NCBI GenBank assembly: GCA_026004395.1
Contig: BPJB01000001.1
Span: 713,226-777,225 of the forward strand
Length of the DNA: 64,000 nucleotides
Direction of reading: 5' to 3'
Source: Patescibacteria group bacterium
GTDB lineage: Bacteria; Patescibacteriota; Microgenomatia; Levybacterales; UBA12049
How positions within the stretch are numbered: position 1 is the stretch's first letter; each line of letters starts with the position of its first letter. Made by a program: the position numbers and the translations under genes. This document shows, in pieces, positions 1 through 9,912 of this stretch. The notes below the pieces were generated by a model that was not told the origin of the DNA, did no database searches, and worked only from the letters and a program-made list of their open reading frames with translations.

Positions 1-354
1 AGCAAAAGACATAGAGAAAAAATCATAAAGTTTACCAAGAGGAAGTCTTCTTCCGTGCGAATAAAAGAAAAGAAAAATCATAGATCCTATAATCCCTCCA
101 ACAAGCGATAATCCAGGAAAATAAGGAAAAAGAAAAAAAACGAGTGGATTTAGAAATGCTGGATCAGGATTCGAGATCACAAATACCAATCTAGCACTGA
201 AAAGACCAACTAAAAGTATCACAAATGCAATATTAAAAAGTGATTCAAGAGTAATATTTTTCCTTACAAGCACAAGATCATCTTTCGCCAACACATGAAG
301 ACCAAAAAAGAATATCACCATACAAACAAACAGTATAATAAATAAAAGTTGCAT
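1..354 (-). CDS. lgt: Prolipoprotein diacylglyceryl transferase (Lgt)-like membrane protein, partial: N-terminal part only, the 3' end runs off the window start
   Basis: Minus-strand translation from the ATG at 354: MQLLFIILFV...SARLVFVISNP...FPGLSLVGGIIGSMIFLFFYSHGRRLPLGKLYDFSLCLL. It is hydrophobic and has the Lgt-like G-x-R-L and GG-I-G patterns. There is no stop codon before the window edge. Confidence 0.45.
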   Translation of the reverse strand, partial: MQLLFIILFVCMVIFFFGLHVLAKDDLVLVRKNITLESLFNIAFVILLVGLFSARLVFVISNPDPAFLNPLVFFLFPYFPGLSLVGGIIGSMIFLFFYSHGRRLPLGKLYDFFSMSFA

Positions 355-362
355 AACTATTA

Positions 363-1631
363 TTAATACTCAAACAGTATCCTTGATGCTCCAATACTTA
401 AAAGAATTATTCCTATTCCAATAATAACTTTATCAACTCCAATAAGATCTGAAAGACCACCGACAACAATAATAGGAAGAAAAGAAAGCACACCTACAAA
501 AGCATTGAGTACTCCATATAATTTTCCTCGAAATTCATCCGATGTCTCCTCTTGAAGAACGGTATTAGAGGGAACAAATACAAATGAATTAGCCAGACCT
601 AGGATAAATGCTAGTAAAATAAGAATGTGTAATGTAGTTACCTCAAACAAACGAGGAAGAAATACATTAATAGACTGAACTATTTGCTTAGATGAAAAAG
701 CTGATCCATAAGGAAGAAGAAACATTGCAAATCCGGAAAGGAATAATCCACCAGTCATGATTTTGTCTTTTGAAAAATGAGAAAAATAATTAACTAAAAT
801 GACAGCACCTACAAATACACCAAAAGCTGCGGGAGCAATAAAATATATTGGAAACTGTTCTATTGGAATTTTTACTACCTGACTAGCATAACCCGGAGCT
901 ATAACAGCAAGTACTAGCAGTAGTATCTGAGCAAGTGCAAGAAGAAAAATTGCATGTGATATTTTGCGAGAGTTTTTTATTTGTGAAAAAGCTATCTTAA
1001 TCTCATTAATTATAGTCTTTCTTGATTCAGAAAATACATTCTTTTTATTATTTTTTTCTTCCGGATGAAAATGTATCCAAGAAATAAATAATGCACCTAA
1101 AAGAAAAAGTACAGCAAGAAAAAGCAGAATATTCTCTGCCCCTAAAAATAAAATAATTGGACCAGAAATAATATATGCCACAAGAATAGATCCATAAAGA
1201 CCAAGACCAAATAAAGCATTTGCAGATAAAAGATATTGCGGTCTCACTACAAGAGGAATCATCGGAGTCTCAGCAGGTATGAAAAATTGTGTCACAACTG
1301 AGATAAGAAAAGATGTTAAATAAACCAAAAATATATTCTGTGAAAAAGTAGCTAATATTATAAGTAGTAGAGCTCTTAATATATTAGTAACCAGAAGAAC
1401 TTTTTTCTTATTCCACCAATCTACGTATACCCCAGCAAGAATGCCAAAAAGAATTGCTGGTATAGTAAAAGAAAGAACTGCCATTGATACAGCAGTATTA
1501 GATTTGGTCAATTCGTACACATGAAGAATGATAAAGAAATTGAAGAGATTAAACGCAATCTGAGTAAACACCTCTCCTACCCACAGTAGGAGAAATGATT
1601 TTTCGCGAAATGCTAAGAATACATTCTTCAT
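363..1631 (-). CDS. Major facilitator superfamily (MFS) transporter
   Basis: 422-aa ORF with about 12 predicted TM helices. An MFS-like N-terminal motif is present (ILAGVYVDWWNKKKVLL), and the topology is typical of an efflux-type MFS. Confidence 0.7.
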   Translation of the reverse strand: MKNVFLAFREKSFLLLWVGEVFTQIAFNLFNFFIILHVYELTKSNTAVSMAVLSFTIPAILFGILAGVYVDWWNKKKVLLVTNILRALLLIILATFSQNIFLVYLTSFLISVVTQFFIPAETPMIPLVVRPQYLLSANALFGLGLYGSILVAYIISGPIILFLGAENILLFLAVLFLLGALFISWIHFHPEEKNNKKNVFSESRKTIINEIKIAFSQIKNSRKISHAIFLLALAQILLLVLAVIAPGYASQVVKIPIEQFPIYFIAPAAFGVFVGAVILVNYFSHFSKDKIMTGGLFLSGFAMFLLPYGSAFSSKQIVQSINVFLPRLFEVTTLHILILLAFILGLANSFVFVPSNTVLQEETSDEFRGKLYGVLNAFVGVLSFLPIIVVGGLSDLIGVDKVIIGIGIILLSIGASRILFEY

Positions 1632-1642
1632 TTATGCTTTAT

Positions 1643-2197
1643 TTATGCTTTCTCTGTGTAGCTTCCAGTACGAGTATCAATTCGGATTGCATCTCCGATA
1701 TTGATGAAAAGAGGTACTTTGGTCTTAACCCCATTTTCCAAAATTGCATCCTTAAAAACATTAGTTGCTGAGTTGCCTTTAATTGATGGCCCTGTATCCA
1801 CAACTTTAAATACCATCTTAGGAGGAAGAGTAACAGTTAATGGCTCATCGTTAAGAAAGCTTACGGAAAAGGACTCCCCTTCTTTAAGATATTCATAACC
1901 CGGGATCTTCTTCAACTCTATCTGCACTTGTTCAAATGTCTCAGGATGCATAAAATACGCATAATTATCATCTTTGTAAAGAAATTGCATATCTCGTTTT
2001 ACTACCTGAACATCGTTTACACGCGCTCCGCTTATATAGCTTCTTTCAAGAATAGCTCCAGTTTTAAGGTTTTTCACCTTAACCTTAATATTAGCGCTTC
2101 CTCTACCCATCTTGATATGCTCATAACTTAACACTTGAAAAAGTTGACCATCTTCCTCGTAGGTTGTTCCTGCTCGTAAATCTGTAACTGATATCAT
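1643..2197 (-). CDS. efp: Elongation factor P
   Basis: 184 aa with KOW-like N-terminus and OB domains. The sequence MISVTDLRAGTTYEEDGQLFQVLSYEHIKMGRGSANIKVKVKNLKTG matches the EF-P family pattern, including the KMGRG loop. Confidence 0.9.
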   Translation of the reverse strand: MISVTDLRAGTTYEEDGQLFQVLSYEHIKMGRGSANIKVKVKNLKTGAILERSYISGARVNDVQVVKRDMQFLYKDDNYAYFMHPETFEQVQIELKKIPGYEYLKEGESFSVSFLNDEPLTVTLPPKMVFKVVDTGPSIKGNSATNVFKDAILENGVKTKVPLFINIGDAIRIDTRTGSYTEKA

Positions 2198-3753
2198 TGT
2201 TGCCTCCTTTCTAAAAAGTGAAGAACTGTTCTCACCCCAAAACCAGTACCACCTTTGGGACCCAATGCATGAGGTTTAGAAGCAAATGCAGGTCCTGCGA
2301 AATCCAGATGAATCCAAGGAGTGTCTCCAATAAATTCTTGAAGAAAAAGTGCTGCTGTAATTGTACCTGCATACTTAGTACTAGGAATATTGGCAATATC
2401 AGCAACTTCGCTTTTATTAAATTCTTTATAATTTTTCTCAAGAGGCAGCTCCCATACCTTTTCTCCTTCTGCAAACGCAGATGCTTTATATGCTTCCGCA
2501 AGATCACGATCATTGGCAAAAAGACCAGCTATCTCATCTCCCAACGCAAAAATACATGCTCCTGTAAGTGTTGCAAAATCAATAATCTCAGTCGCTCCCT
2601 GTTTGACTGCGTATGAAAGACTATCAGCCATAGTCACTCTACCTTCAGCATCAGTATTGAGTACCTCGATCGTCTTGCCGTTCATAGCCTTTACCACATC
2701 TCCCGGAACAATACCTTTACCAGAAATAAGATTTGGGGTAGCAGCAATAATCCCCATTACTGGAAATTGCGGTTTGATCTCTGAGATAACTGAAAAGACT
2801 GCAAGTACCGTTGCCGCACCTGCCATATCCATTTTCATATCCTGCATATGTTCTCCTGGTTTAACATTTATTCCTCCACTATCAAATGTAATTCCTTTCC
2901 CAACAAGAGCGAGCTTTTTCTTTTTTGTTCCTCTTCTTGGTTTATACTCAAGAAAAATAAATTTCGGAGGTGTCTCTGCTGCACGCGCAATACCTAAAAA
3001 AGCTTCCATACCAAGTTTCTCAGCTTGCTCTTTACCAAATATTTTGCAAGTGATCTCTGGTGAAGCTTTAGCTATATTCTTTGCTATATTCGCAAGATAG
3101 GTAGGAGTAACTACTGCAGACTGCTCATTTACCAAATCTCGAGCCAATATTGTTGCTCGTGCATAAAGCTCAGCTTTTTTAATTATTTTTTTGATATCCT
3201 GAATAACTATAGTACCATTTGCTCTAATAATAGCTGTATCAAATTTACGCTCTGGTTTTTTATTGGTTTTATATTTTGAAAATTCATAACTCCCAAGTAA
3301 TAAGGACTCAACAGCAGCATGCAACATTGTTTCAAATGTGATTTCTGTCTCATCAGGAAGAGAAAAGGAAGCAGAATCAATCTTATTTTTATAAGACATC
3401 GCAAATTTACCAATAACACTTCGAAGATCGCTCAAAACAAACTCAGATTTTTTACCCAACCCTATCACAACTACACGTGTAGGCACGATAAGACCATTAG
3501 TAAAGAATGTCACCATTTCTCCCTTCTCACCACTAAACATCTCTGTTTTACATACCTTTGTAAGTTTACCTTTTAAAGCTTCATCAAGAAGTGAAAATCC
3601 AGAAGTGGTTAAAAATTTTGGCTTCTCTTGATCATCTTGAAAGGCAAATACCACTGCAATATCAGAGGAAATTTTATCTGGAAGATTATGGGAGATCTCA
3701 AAATTCATAGTTAATATTGTAACACTAGATAAAGAAAAAATAAAGCTATTCAT
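2194..3753 (-). CDS. pepA: Leucyl aminopeptidase (M17 family)
   Basis: M17 signatures VGKGITFDSGGINVKPGEHM...NTDAEGRVTMADSL...AGTITAALFL. The six-frame ORF runs to 3804, but that would overlap the tRNA-Leu on the opposite strand, so the start was moved to the internal Met at 3753 (MNSFIF). The Met at 3705 is an alternative start. Confidence 0.85.
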   Translation of the reverse strand: MNSFIFSLSSVTILTMNFEISHNLPDKISSDIAVVFAFQDDQEKPKFLTTSGFSLLDEALKGKLTKVCKTEMFSGEKGEMVTFFTNGLIVPTRVVVIGLGKKSEFVLSDLRSVIGKFAMSYKNKIDSASFSLPDETEITFETMLHAAVESLLLGSYEFSKYKTNKKPERKFDTAIIRANGTIVIQDIKKIIKKAELYARATILARDLVNEQSAVVTPTYLANIAKNIAKASPEITCKIFGKEQAEKLGMEAFLGIARAAETPPKFIFLEYKPRRGTKKKKLALVGKGITFDSGGINVKPGEHMQDMKMDMAGAATVLAVFSVISEIKPQFPVMGIIAATPNLISGKGIVPGDVVKAMNGKTIEVLNTDAEGRVTMADSLSYAVKQGATEIIDFATLTGACIFALGDEIAGLFANDRDLAEAYKASAFAEGEKVWELPLEKNYKEFNKSEVADIANIPSTKYAGTITAALFLQEFIGDTPWIHLDFAGPAFASKPHALGPKGGTGFGVRTVLHFLERRQQ

Positions 3754-3774
3754 GCTATAATATTGATAATTCTT

Positions 3775-3858
3775 GGCCGAGTGGCGGAATTGGCAGACGC
3801 GCACGCCTCAAGAGCGTGTGATCGCAAGATCATGTGGGTTCGATCCCCTCCTCGGCTA
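3775..3858 (+). tRNA. tRNA-Leu (anticodon CAA), type II with long variable arm
   Basis: Hand-folded cloverleaf. Acceptor ggccgag/ctcggct with G1-U72 and discriminator A. D-stem gcg/cgc of 3 bp. Anticodon stem cacgc/gcgtg with loop ctCAAga. Variable stem tgatc-gcaa-gatca. T-loop ttcgatc. No encoded CCA. Confidence 0.8.
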
Positions 3859-4030
3859 CATATAATAAATCTTAATGAAGAAATAAAAGATAATATTTGG
3901 TACCAACAACTAGTGTGATAGATTATTTTAATCGTAGTAAAAGAAATTAAAAAAAGTTAATAAACTTACTACTGCAACATACATTATTAGAATTTTAAGC
4001 AAATTTATAAGCAATAAAAAATAGAATAAG

Positions 4031-4726
4031 TTGACTCAAGCAAGCATCAATATGCCATCTTATGAAATTGATCGCCGTAACTTCTTAAAATCTGTTGGGA
4101 AAGGTACTCTTTTTCTGACAACCAGCAGCGCTATTTTTATCAGACAATCTAATGCTTTGAAAGAATCTCGAATAGAATCATCTCTTAACGAATATTGGGA
4201 TGAAAATGACTCTAATAATATTTCTTTAGATAAGTACTTTTTAAATGAAGCAATACAAGATATTCAAAAAAGAGGTTATTATCAAGAGATTTTTTCTGAA
4301 AAAGACTTAGAAAAACTGCTGCAAGTTACAGCTGAAAAAGAACTTTCTGAGAAAAGCTTTTCTACAGCAACTCTTGCTTCTAAGCAAATACAAATTTCTG
4401 AAAATTCAGCAAGGATTAAAGGGTCAATTCATATACCTCTGGGAAAGATTAAGTTTGCAATTGAATTTACTCAAGAGCAAGAAAAAGAACCAACTATTTC
4501 ATTATTGGAGATAGCAGGAAGTAATTTTTTGGTTGAGAGACTTCTTCAAGAAACAAACGCTCTTGGTATTGCAGAAGAAAAACTTACTCATCCTTACCAA
4601 ACTATTCAACAATATTTAAATGAACGCTCAGAGTTAAAGGGAATGCTTATTACTAATGTAGCACTTGAATTTATGCCAAATAAAATAAAAATTCATATTC
4701 GAGGATCACAATCTCAATCACTATAA
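4031..4726 (+). CDS. Hypothetical exported protein with a twin-arginine (Tat) type signal peptide
   Basis: N-terminus MTQASINMPSYEIDRRNFLKSVGKGTLFLTTSSAIFIRQSNA contains the canonical Tat motif (S/T)-R-R-x-F-L-K followed by a hydrophobic h-region and an A-x-A-like site. The rest is Glu/Lys-rich with no recognisable domain. Confidence 0.55.
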   Translation: MTQASINMPSYEIDRRNFLKSVGKGTLFLTTSSAIFIRQSNALKESRIESSLNEYWDENDSNNISLDKYFLNEAIQDIQKRGYYQEIFSEKDLEKLLQVTAEKELSEKSFSTATLASKQIQISENSARIKGSIHIPLGKIKFAIEFTQEQEKEPTISLLEIAGSNFLVERLLQETNALGIAEEKLTHPYQTIQQYLNERSELKGMLITNVALEFMPNKIKIHIRGSQSQSL

Positions 4727-5296
4727 TACTTGGATATTAAACTTTTTTAGCTCTTCAACGAGTACTGATAGTGGTAAACCAACAATATTGAAGTAATCAC
4801 CTTCAATCTTCTCAATCAATACTGCACCCAAACTTTGTATTTTATATCCTCCTGCATGATCTAAAGGTTGGTCCTTTAAAACATAGTTTTCAATCTCGTC
4901 TTCTGTACATTTCTTAAAAAAAACATCAGAGGTAACCACTCGTGTTACTGATCTTTTTGTGAAGGTATCAATAATTGTAAAAGCAGTAATAACACTATGT
5001 TTTCCTCCATTTAAAGTTTTAAGCATTTTAATTGCTACATCTGATGTGTGTGGTTTGCCGAAAATCTGATTATCTTTTACAATTACCTGATCAGCCGAAA
5101 TGATAATTGCATCTTTATACTTTTTGGCTACATTTTCTCCTTTCTTCTTAGACAATAGCTTTACAAGTTCTACTGGATCGCTAGTTAGAGAATGATCCTC
5201 CTCATAAGTGCTGGAGACAACCTCAAACTGTAGTCCCGTGATTGCTAAAATGAGTTTTCTTTGTAAAGAAGAAGATGCGAGGATAATTTTTTTCAT
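4721..5296 (-). CDS. maf: Maf-like nucleoside triphosphate pyrophosphatase
   Basis: 191 aa. The N-terminus MKKIILASSSLQRKLIL...ADQVIV and a K-x-L-x-G motif are typical of the Maf/Ham1 septum-formation protein family. Confidence 0.8.
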   Translation of the reverse strand: MKKIILASSSLQRKLILAITGLQFEVVSSTYEEDHSLTSDPVELVKLLSKKKGENVAKKYKDAIIISADQVIVKDNQIFGKPHTSDVAIKMLKTLNGGKHSVITAFTIIDTFTKRSVTRVVTSDVFFKKCTEDEIENYVLKDQPLDHAGGYKIQSLGAVLIEKIEGDYFNIVGLPLSVLVEELKKFNIQVL

Positions 5297-6114
5297 TTTT
5301 TTTCTGATTTGGAAAGTATGACTTTATCTGTTAAAATCTCAAGAACAAAAATAATAAATATATAACTCACGTACATAACAATTTCAAGAAATGTTGGCTT
5401 TGCCGTATAGCCGAAAAGTGTTCTTAAGATACTACCAAATACACTTGTGTTATCTAAAATATGAGATATATCTATTAATGGATCGAAATGAAAAACAGGC
5501 AACATCCCTGCTTCCTGAAATTCATGAACTCCGTGTGCAACCAATCCAGCTGCAAAAAGTAAGAGAATTGCACCTGAAATCTTCAATACACTCTGTAAGT
5601 TAATCTTCAAACTAAATTTGAATAAAAAATAAATCAATAAAATCGCACTCACTATTCCTACTAGAGAACCTATAGTTTGATTTGTCGCACCAAGAGAACT
5701 AATCGCCTGCAAATAAAAGACAGTCTCAATACCCTCTCTCATCACTGATGTAAAAACAAGAAAACTTATTCCTAGAGGAAACCCTCGTTTAATATACTCT
5801 CCTGTTCCTTTTTCAAGTTTTTTGGCAATTCCTTTTTGTCTATGGATCCAAAGAATCATGGTTGTCAAAAGGATTGAAGTAACAAACATCAGAATCCCTT
5901 CAAAAATTTGTTTCAGTCTTCCTTCTAATCCACCAAAAAATATCTGAAGCAGAACTGCAATAATTACTGAAGCGACTATCCCACCCCCTACCCCATACCA
6001 AACATATTTTTGGAGACTTTGTCTTGCGGTTCTAGTAAGAAACGCAAGGATAATACCAACAACAAGTGCCGCTTCCAAAGTTTCACGAAAGGTAACCAAA
6101 TTCGAGGCAAGCAT
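5293..6114 (-). CDS. FTR1/EfeU-family high-affinity iron permease
   Basis: Polytopic membrane protein with two R-E-x-x-E motifs (FRETLEAAL and MREGIETVFY), the hallmark of FTR1 iron permeases. Confidence 0.6.
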   Translation of the reverse strand: MLASNLVTFRETLEAALVVGIILAFLTRTARQSLQKYVWYGVGGGIVASVIIAVLLQIFFGGLEGRLKQIFEGILMFVTSILLTTMILWIHRQKGIAKKLEKGTGEYIKRGFPLGISFLVFTSVMREGIETVFYLQAISSLGATNQTIGSLVGIVSAILLIYFLFKFSLKINLQSVLKISGAILLLFAAGLVAHGVHEFQEAGMLPVFHFDPLIDISHILDNTSVFGSILRTLFGYTAKPTFLEIVMYVSYIFIIFVLEILTDKVILSKSEKK

Positions 6115-6194
6115 TAAATCTTTTTTATCCTAATAAAATGGAACGAACACTGTCAAGGTGTTCGTTCCATCTAAAAAGCTCAATAATTTGATTA

Positions 6195-6533
6195 TTAAGC
6201 CATCGGTGGTAAATTGGTACCACCTTGATTTCCCTGATTTCCTCCTTCTTCTGTTTCTAGTTGTCCTACAGGATTAGACGAGGGCATTGTTGCAGAACCT
6301 GAAGGATCTGTTTGTACCTCTGATGCAGGTGGTACTGAAGATGTTGGACCCTGCATCGGCGGCGTCTGAGAAGGAGTTTGAGGTGGGACATTTACATTTG
6401 GTGCTACTGGAGGAGGTGTCTGAGGCACATTAACCTCTCCCCCTGGGGTAACAGGTTGGTTGGGAGTAGCTGGCTGTTGTATTCCCACTCCTCCTGGAGT
6501 ATTAATCGGATTTTGATTGTTATTGTTGTCCAT
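6195..6533 (-). CDS. Pro/Thr/Gln-rich low-complexity hypothetical protein
   Basis: 112-aa ORF with a strong SD (gaaaggaggtgaataaATG). The composition is dominated by P, T, Q, N and G, and the region is locally GC-rich. There is no TM segment or signal peptide. Confidence 0.5.
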   Translation of the reverse strand: MDNNNNQNPINTPGGVGIQQPATPNQPVTPGGEVNVPQTPPPVAPNVNVPPQTPSQTPPMQGPTSSVPPASEVQTDPSGSATMPSSNPVGQLETEEGGNQGNQGGTNLPPMA

Positions 6534-6594
6534 TTATTCACCTCCTTTCTTCAATCCATAAAATTGATTTCTATTTAATTGTTTGATAAAAAAT

Positions 6595-7926
6595 TTATGT
6601 TTCTCTATGTGTTTTCTCAACATTATAAAAGCGTATCCTATCTCCACGGAAAAGTAAATCTATCTCACCAGTTGGTCCATTTCTGTGTTTAGCAATTAGC
6701 AATTTTGTCGGAATAGCGTGTTTTGATACATCGAGATCAACATCTGGTCTATATAAAAACATCACTACATCAGCATCTTGTTCGATTGCACCAGATTCAC
6801 GTAAATCCGCAAGTTGGGGTCTTTTCTCTCCCCTATGTTCGACAGCACGAGAAAGTTGAGATGCAGAAAGCACTGGAACGTTGAGTTCACGTGCAAGATT
6901 TTTGAGTGCCTGTGACACGATAGAGACCTCTTGAACACGATTTTCAACTTTTCGACCTGGATCAACAAGTTGCAAATAATCAACAATAATCAAACCGATA
7001 TTATGTTCCATATGCAATCTCCGAGCTTTGCTTCTCATCTCAGCAATATTAAGACCAGGTGTATCATCAATAAAAATTGGAGCTTCAGCCAGCTGTCCCA
7101 TCGCCTCTGAAAGTCTGACAAAGTCATCTTCTGAAAGATTACCTGTCTTAAGTCTCCATGCATCAACATCTGCCTGAGCAACAAGAAAACGATCTACCAA
7201 TTCCTCTTTACTCATCTCTAAGGAAAAAATTGCGACTGGTCTTTTTTCAACAGTAGCAATATACTGAGCAATATTTAGGGTAATAGCGGTCTTCCCCTGT
7301 CCAGGACGAGCTGCAAGAATTATAAGATTAGATCGTTGTAGTCCTGAAAGCAACCGATCAAGATCAGTAAATCCGGTTTTAATACCTCGAAGTCTATCTC
7401 CTCCTCTATGAAGCTCATCAATCCTATCGAAACTTTCAGCAAGTGTCTCTTTAATGGCAATAAAACCTCTGGTGATATTTCCTTGTGATATAGAAAAAAT
7501 TTCTGATTCTGCTTTATCTAATACTTCTTTTACTTCTTTCTCTTCATCATATCCCATCTCTGCAATTGTCGTACCCACATGAATTAATGCGCGTTTGGTA
7601 GCTGTCTCTTTCACAATTTGCGCATAATACTCGACATTCGCTGCTGTTGGGACACTATCAATAAGTTCTGTAATATAGTTAGTGTCAATAACTTTCTCTT
7701 TTTTCTTTTTCTTAAGATATGCACTTACAGTAAGAAGATCAATTGGCTTTCTCTCCTCATACAATGCAAGCATAGCCTCATAAATGGTTGAATGCAGATC
7801 ATTATAAAAGGATTCCGGTGAGAGGATTTCTGACACTACGGAAATTGCATCCTTATCAATAAAAATTGCTCCTAATACACTTTTTTCTGCTTCTTCATTA
7901 TGAGGAAGGACTTTTAGAGTTGCCAT
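6595..7926 (-). CDS. dnaB: Replicative DNA helicase DnaB
   Basis: 443 aa with a Walker A (ARPGQGKT), DnaB-C motifs (LIIVDYLQL, SQLSR) and an N-terminal DnaB-N domain. Confidence 0.92.
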   Translation of the reverse strand: MATLKVLPHNEEAEKSVLGAIFIDKDAISVVSEILSPESFYNDLHSTIYEAMLALYEERKPIDLLTVSAYLKKKKKEKVIDTNYITELIDSVPTAANVEYYAQIVKETATKRALIHVGTTIAEMGYDEEKEVKEVLDKAESEIFSISQGNITRGFIAIKETLAESFDRIDELHRGGDRLRGIKTGFTDLDRLLSGLQRSNLIILAARPGQGKTAITLNIAQYIATVEKRPVAIFSLEMSKEELVDRFLVAQADVDAWRLKTGNLSEDDFVRLSEAMGQLAEAPIFIDDTPGLNIAEMRSKARRLHMEHNIGLIIVDYLQLVDPGRKVENRVQEVSIVSQALKNLARELNVPVLSASQLSRAVEHRGEKRPQLADLRESGAIEQDADVVMFLYRPDVDLDVSKHAIPTKLLIAKHRNGPTGEIDLLFRGDRIRFYNVEKTHRET

Positions 7927-8004
7927 AATTATTTAATTTCTTGTTGCACAATTGCAAAAAGTTTTTAACAATTTCGAATTTGTGATGTCTTTTGTAACTA
8001 ATAT

Positions 8005-8523
8005 CTAAACAAGTAAGATAGTCTCTGTCTCTGGCGGGAGTTTCTCAGAACTAATTTGGTAGCGGGATGTTTCTTTTTTCTCTTCTTTTGCAAGTTGGTC
8101 AATAAGAGATCTGGCATTGGCGCCATAGAAAAGCAAAGCGTTGGTAGCAAGAGATGTTGCGAAAGACGCATCTTGCTCCTCAGATGCATAGATCAATGCT
8201 ATATGATGTTCTTTTATTTTTTGATGTACTTTCTCAAGTGCAGTAACCTCTCCAAGTATTAAATCAAGACCATCCAGAGTAATACTATAAACGGTAGCAT
8301 CATTTGCTTTAATACCTGTAATTTTAATACCTCCTGCTTCATACTCTCCTGGACCATCAATTATTACAACATCTTCTCTTATTTTTAATCGAGACTTATC
8401 AGGATTGCCGATTAAGATTACAGCATTATATGCTGATGTCTTATCCTGGGGATTGATATAGAAAGCTGATTGCTTTCCTCGAATTTTTAATGAATTTACA
8501 CCTTGAACTGAAATTTCCATCAA
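8005..8523 (-). CDS. Hypothetical protein, possibly a degenerate metallo-beta-lactamase-fold protein
   Basis: 172 aa. The N-terminal pattern MEISVQGVNSLKIRGKQSAFYINP resembles UPF0173/MBL-fold hydrolases, but the HxHxDH metal-binding motif is absent. Confidence 0.3.
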   Translation of the reverse strand: MMEISVQGVNSLKIRGKQSAFYINPQDKTSAYNAVILIGNPDKSRLKIREDVVIIDGPGEYEAGGIKITGIKANDATVYSITLDGLDLILGEVTALEKVHQKIKEHHIALIYASEEQDASFATSLATNALLFYGANARSLIDQLAKEEKKETSRYQISSEKLPPETETILLV

Positions 8524-8607
8524 TTCATCCTATCATAGGATAATGTTTCTGTCTAGAGCTATAAACGTTAATTTTCAAAAAGAAAATTTCTTGACATTAA
8601 AAGCTAT

Positions 8608-9099
8608 TTGGCTTATTATCAGACGTACAAATTGTTAAAGATTGTTAAGGAAGAAGAGATAAACTGCATCATGAAGGCAGAAAAAATTATTCTTTCATTT
8701 ATAGCTGTTCTTATCGGACTTTTAGTTGCGGGAGGCTCTTTTTATATTTACCAACTTACCAAAGAGGTTCCTCCGGAGAAAACAACTGCTATTACTATTC
8801 AGACTCCACCCTCACCTACACCCGAACTAAATCATTATCTTAAAATTAACACTCCCAAGGATGAAGAAATTGTTAATAAAAAGATAATTACTATCTCAGG
8901 ATCAACACTTCCGAACTCAACTATTATTGTCAGTTCTGAAAATGAAGATCAAGTAGTCAAACCAACTAAAAATGGCGATTTTTCTATCACTCATACAATT
9001 GGAGATGATACTAATATTATCTATATCACTGCTATTTTCCCAAATGGAGAAGAGCAAACAGTGACAAGAACAGTAAGCTTTACCACTGAGGAGTTTTAG
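8608..9099 (+). CDS. Hypothetical membrane-anchored protein
   Basis: Single N-terminal TM helix (IILSFIAVLIGLLVAGGSFYIY) followed by a Thr/Pro-rich extracytoplasmic region. The true start may be the internal Met (MKAEK). Confidence 0.5.
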   Translation: MAYYQTYKLLKIVKEEEINCIMKAEKIILSFIAVLIGLLVAGGSFYIYQLTKEVPPEKTTAITIQTPPSPTPELNHYLKINTPKDEEIVNKKIITISGSTLPNSTIIVSSENEDQVVKPTKNGDFSITHTIGDDTNIIYITAIFPNGEEQTVTRTVSFTTEEF

Positions 9100-9873
9100 A
9101 TGAAAAATTTTGTAATTTTAATTATCATTGGAATACTTTTTATTGGAAGGATTTATCCTGCCCTAGCAGTTACTCCCACATCTTTTTCTGCACAACCAAC
9201 ATCAGAATCTACAGTTGAAAATCTTTCTTCACAGATAAACAAACTAAAAGAGAAAATTGCTACCCGCGTTGCACAACTAAAATTAGTAGAAAAAAGAGGA
9301 ATTGTTGGTACTGTACAAGAAATAAATGGGATGGTAATTACTTTATCAGACGTAAATAATAAAATAAGAATAGTTGATGTTGATGAGATTACTAAATTTT
9401 CTTCTAACAGCAAAGAATCTTTTGGCATATCAGATATTAAAAGAGGCGATAAACTAAGCGTTATTGGTCTTTACAATAAGGATTCTCAACGCATACTTGC
9501 ACGCTTCATTACCAAAACAACCATTCCTGTTTTTATTAGCGGAACCTTAAGCAACAGAAATAATGAAGATTTTACAATTACTGTTGTGACAGGAGATCTC
9601 AAACGTTACCTTGTAGATATAGAAAAAGTGACCAAAACGAATGTATTCACTGGAGACCAAACTGAACGTTCTGGATTCTCAAAACTCTCAGTTGGAGAGC
9701 GTATAGTAGTTATCGGATATCCTCATATTAATGAAAGAAATCGTATCGTAGCAACAAGAGTCATTCACTTTCCCACTCTTCCCAAAAATCCCAAAATAGT
9801 AATTCCTGAAAACTCATCTGATGAGACAGTACCTTCAACTGGAAGCGGCAAAAAACTGACACCTATACGTTGA
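9100..9873 (+). CDS. Hypothetical secreted protein
   Basis: Signal peptide MKNFVILIIIGILFIGRIYPALA. It starts 1 nt after the stop of the upstream gene. No known domain was recognised. Confidence 0.5.
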   Translation: MKNFVILIIIGILFIGRIYPALAVTPTSFSAQPTSESTVENLSSQINKLKEKIATRVAQLKLVEKRGIVGTVQEINGMVITLSDVNNKIRIVDVDEITKFSSNSKESFGISDIKRGDKLSVIGLYNKDSQRILARFITKTTIPVFISGTLSNRNNEDFTITVVTGDLKRYLVDIEKVTKTNVFTGDQTERSGFSKLSVGERIVVIGYPHINERNRIVATRVIHFPTLPKNPKIVIPENSSDETVPSTGSGKKLTPIR

Positions 9874-9912
9874 TCTAAGACTAATTATTAAAACATAAAT
9901 AACCTCACATCT

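Noticed and set aside
2218-3576. Several antisense ORFs inside pepA (2218-2616, 2232-2519, 2513-3100, 3207-3419, 3319-3576)
   Set aside because: They are shadow ORFs of the strongly supported M17 aminopeptidase gene and are Cys- or low-complexity-rich. The same reasoning applies to the other short antisense ORFs in the track, for example 1701-1898, 9153-9428, 12755-13015, 17747-18004, 18673-19062, 25650-25958, 27374-27706, 42964-43368, 55281-55607 and 60443-60853.
3700-3804. 5' extension of the pepA ORF to 3804 (MRVCQFRHSAKNYQYYS...)
   Set aside because: It would run antisense across the well-formed tRNA-Leu(CAA) at 3775-3858. The internal Met at 3753 (or the one at 3705) is the more plausible start.
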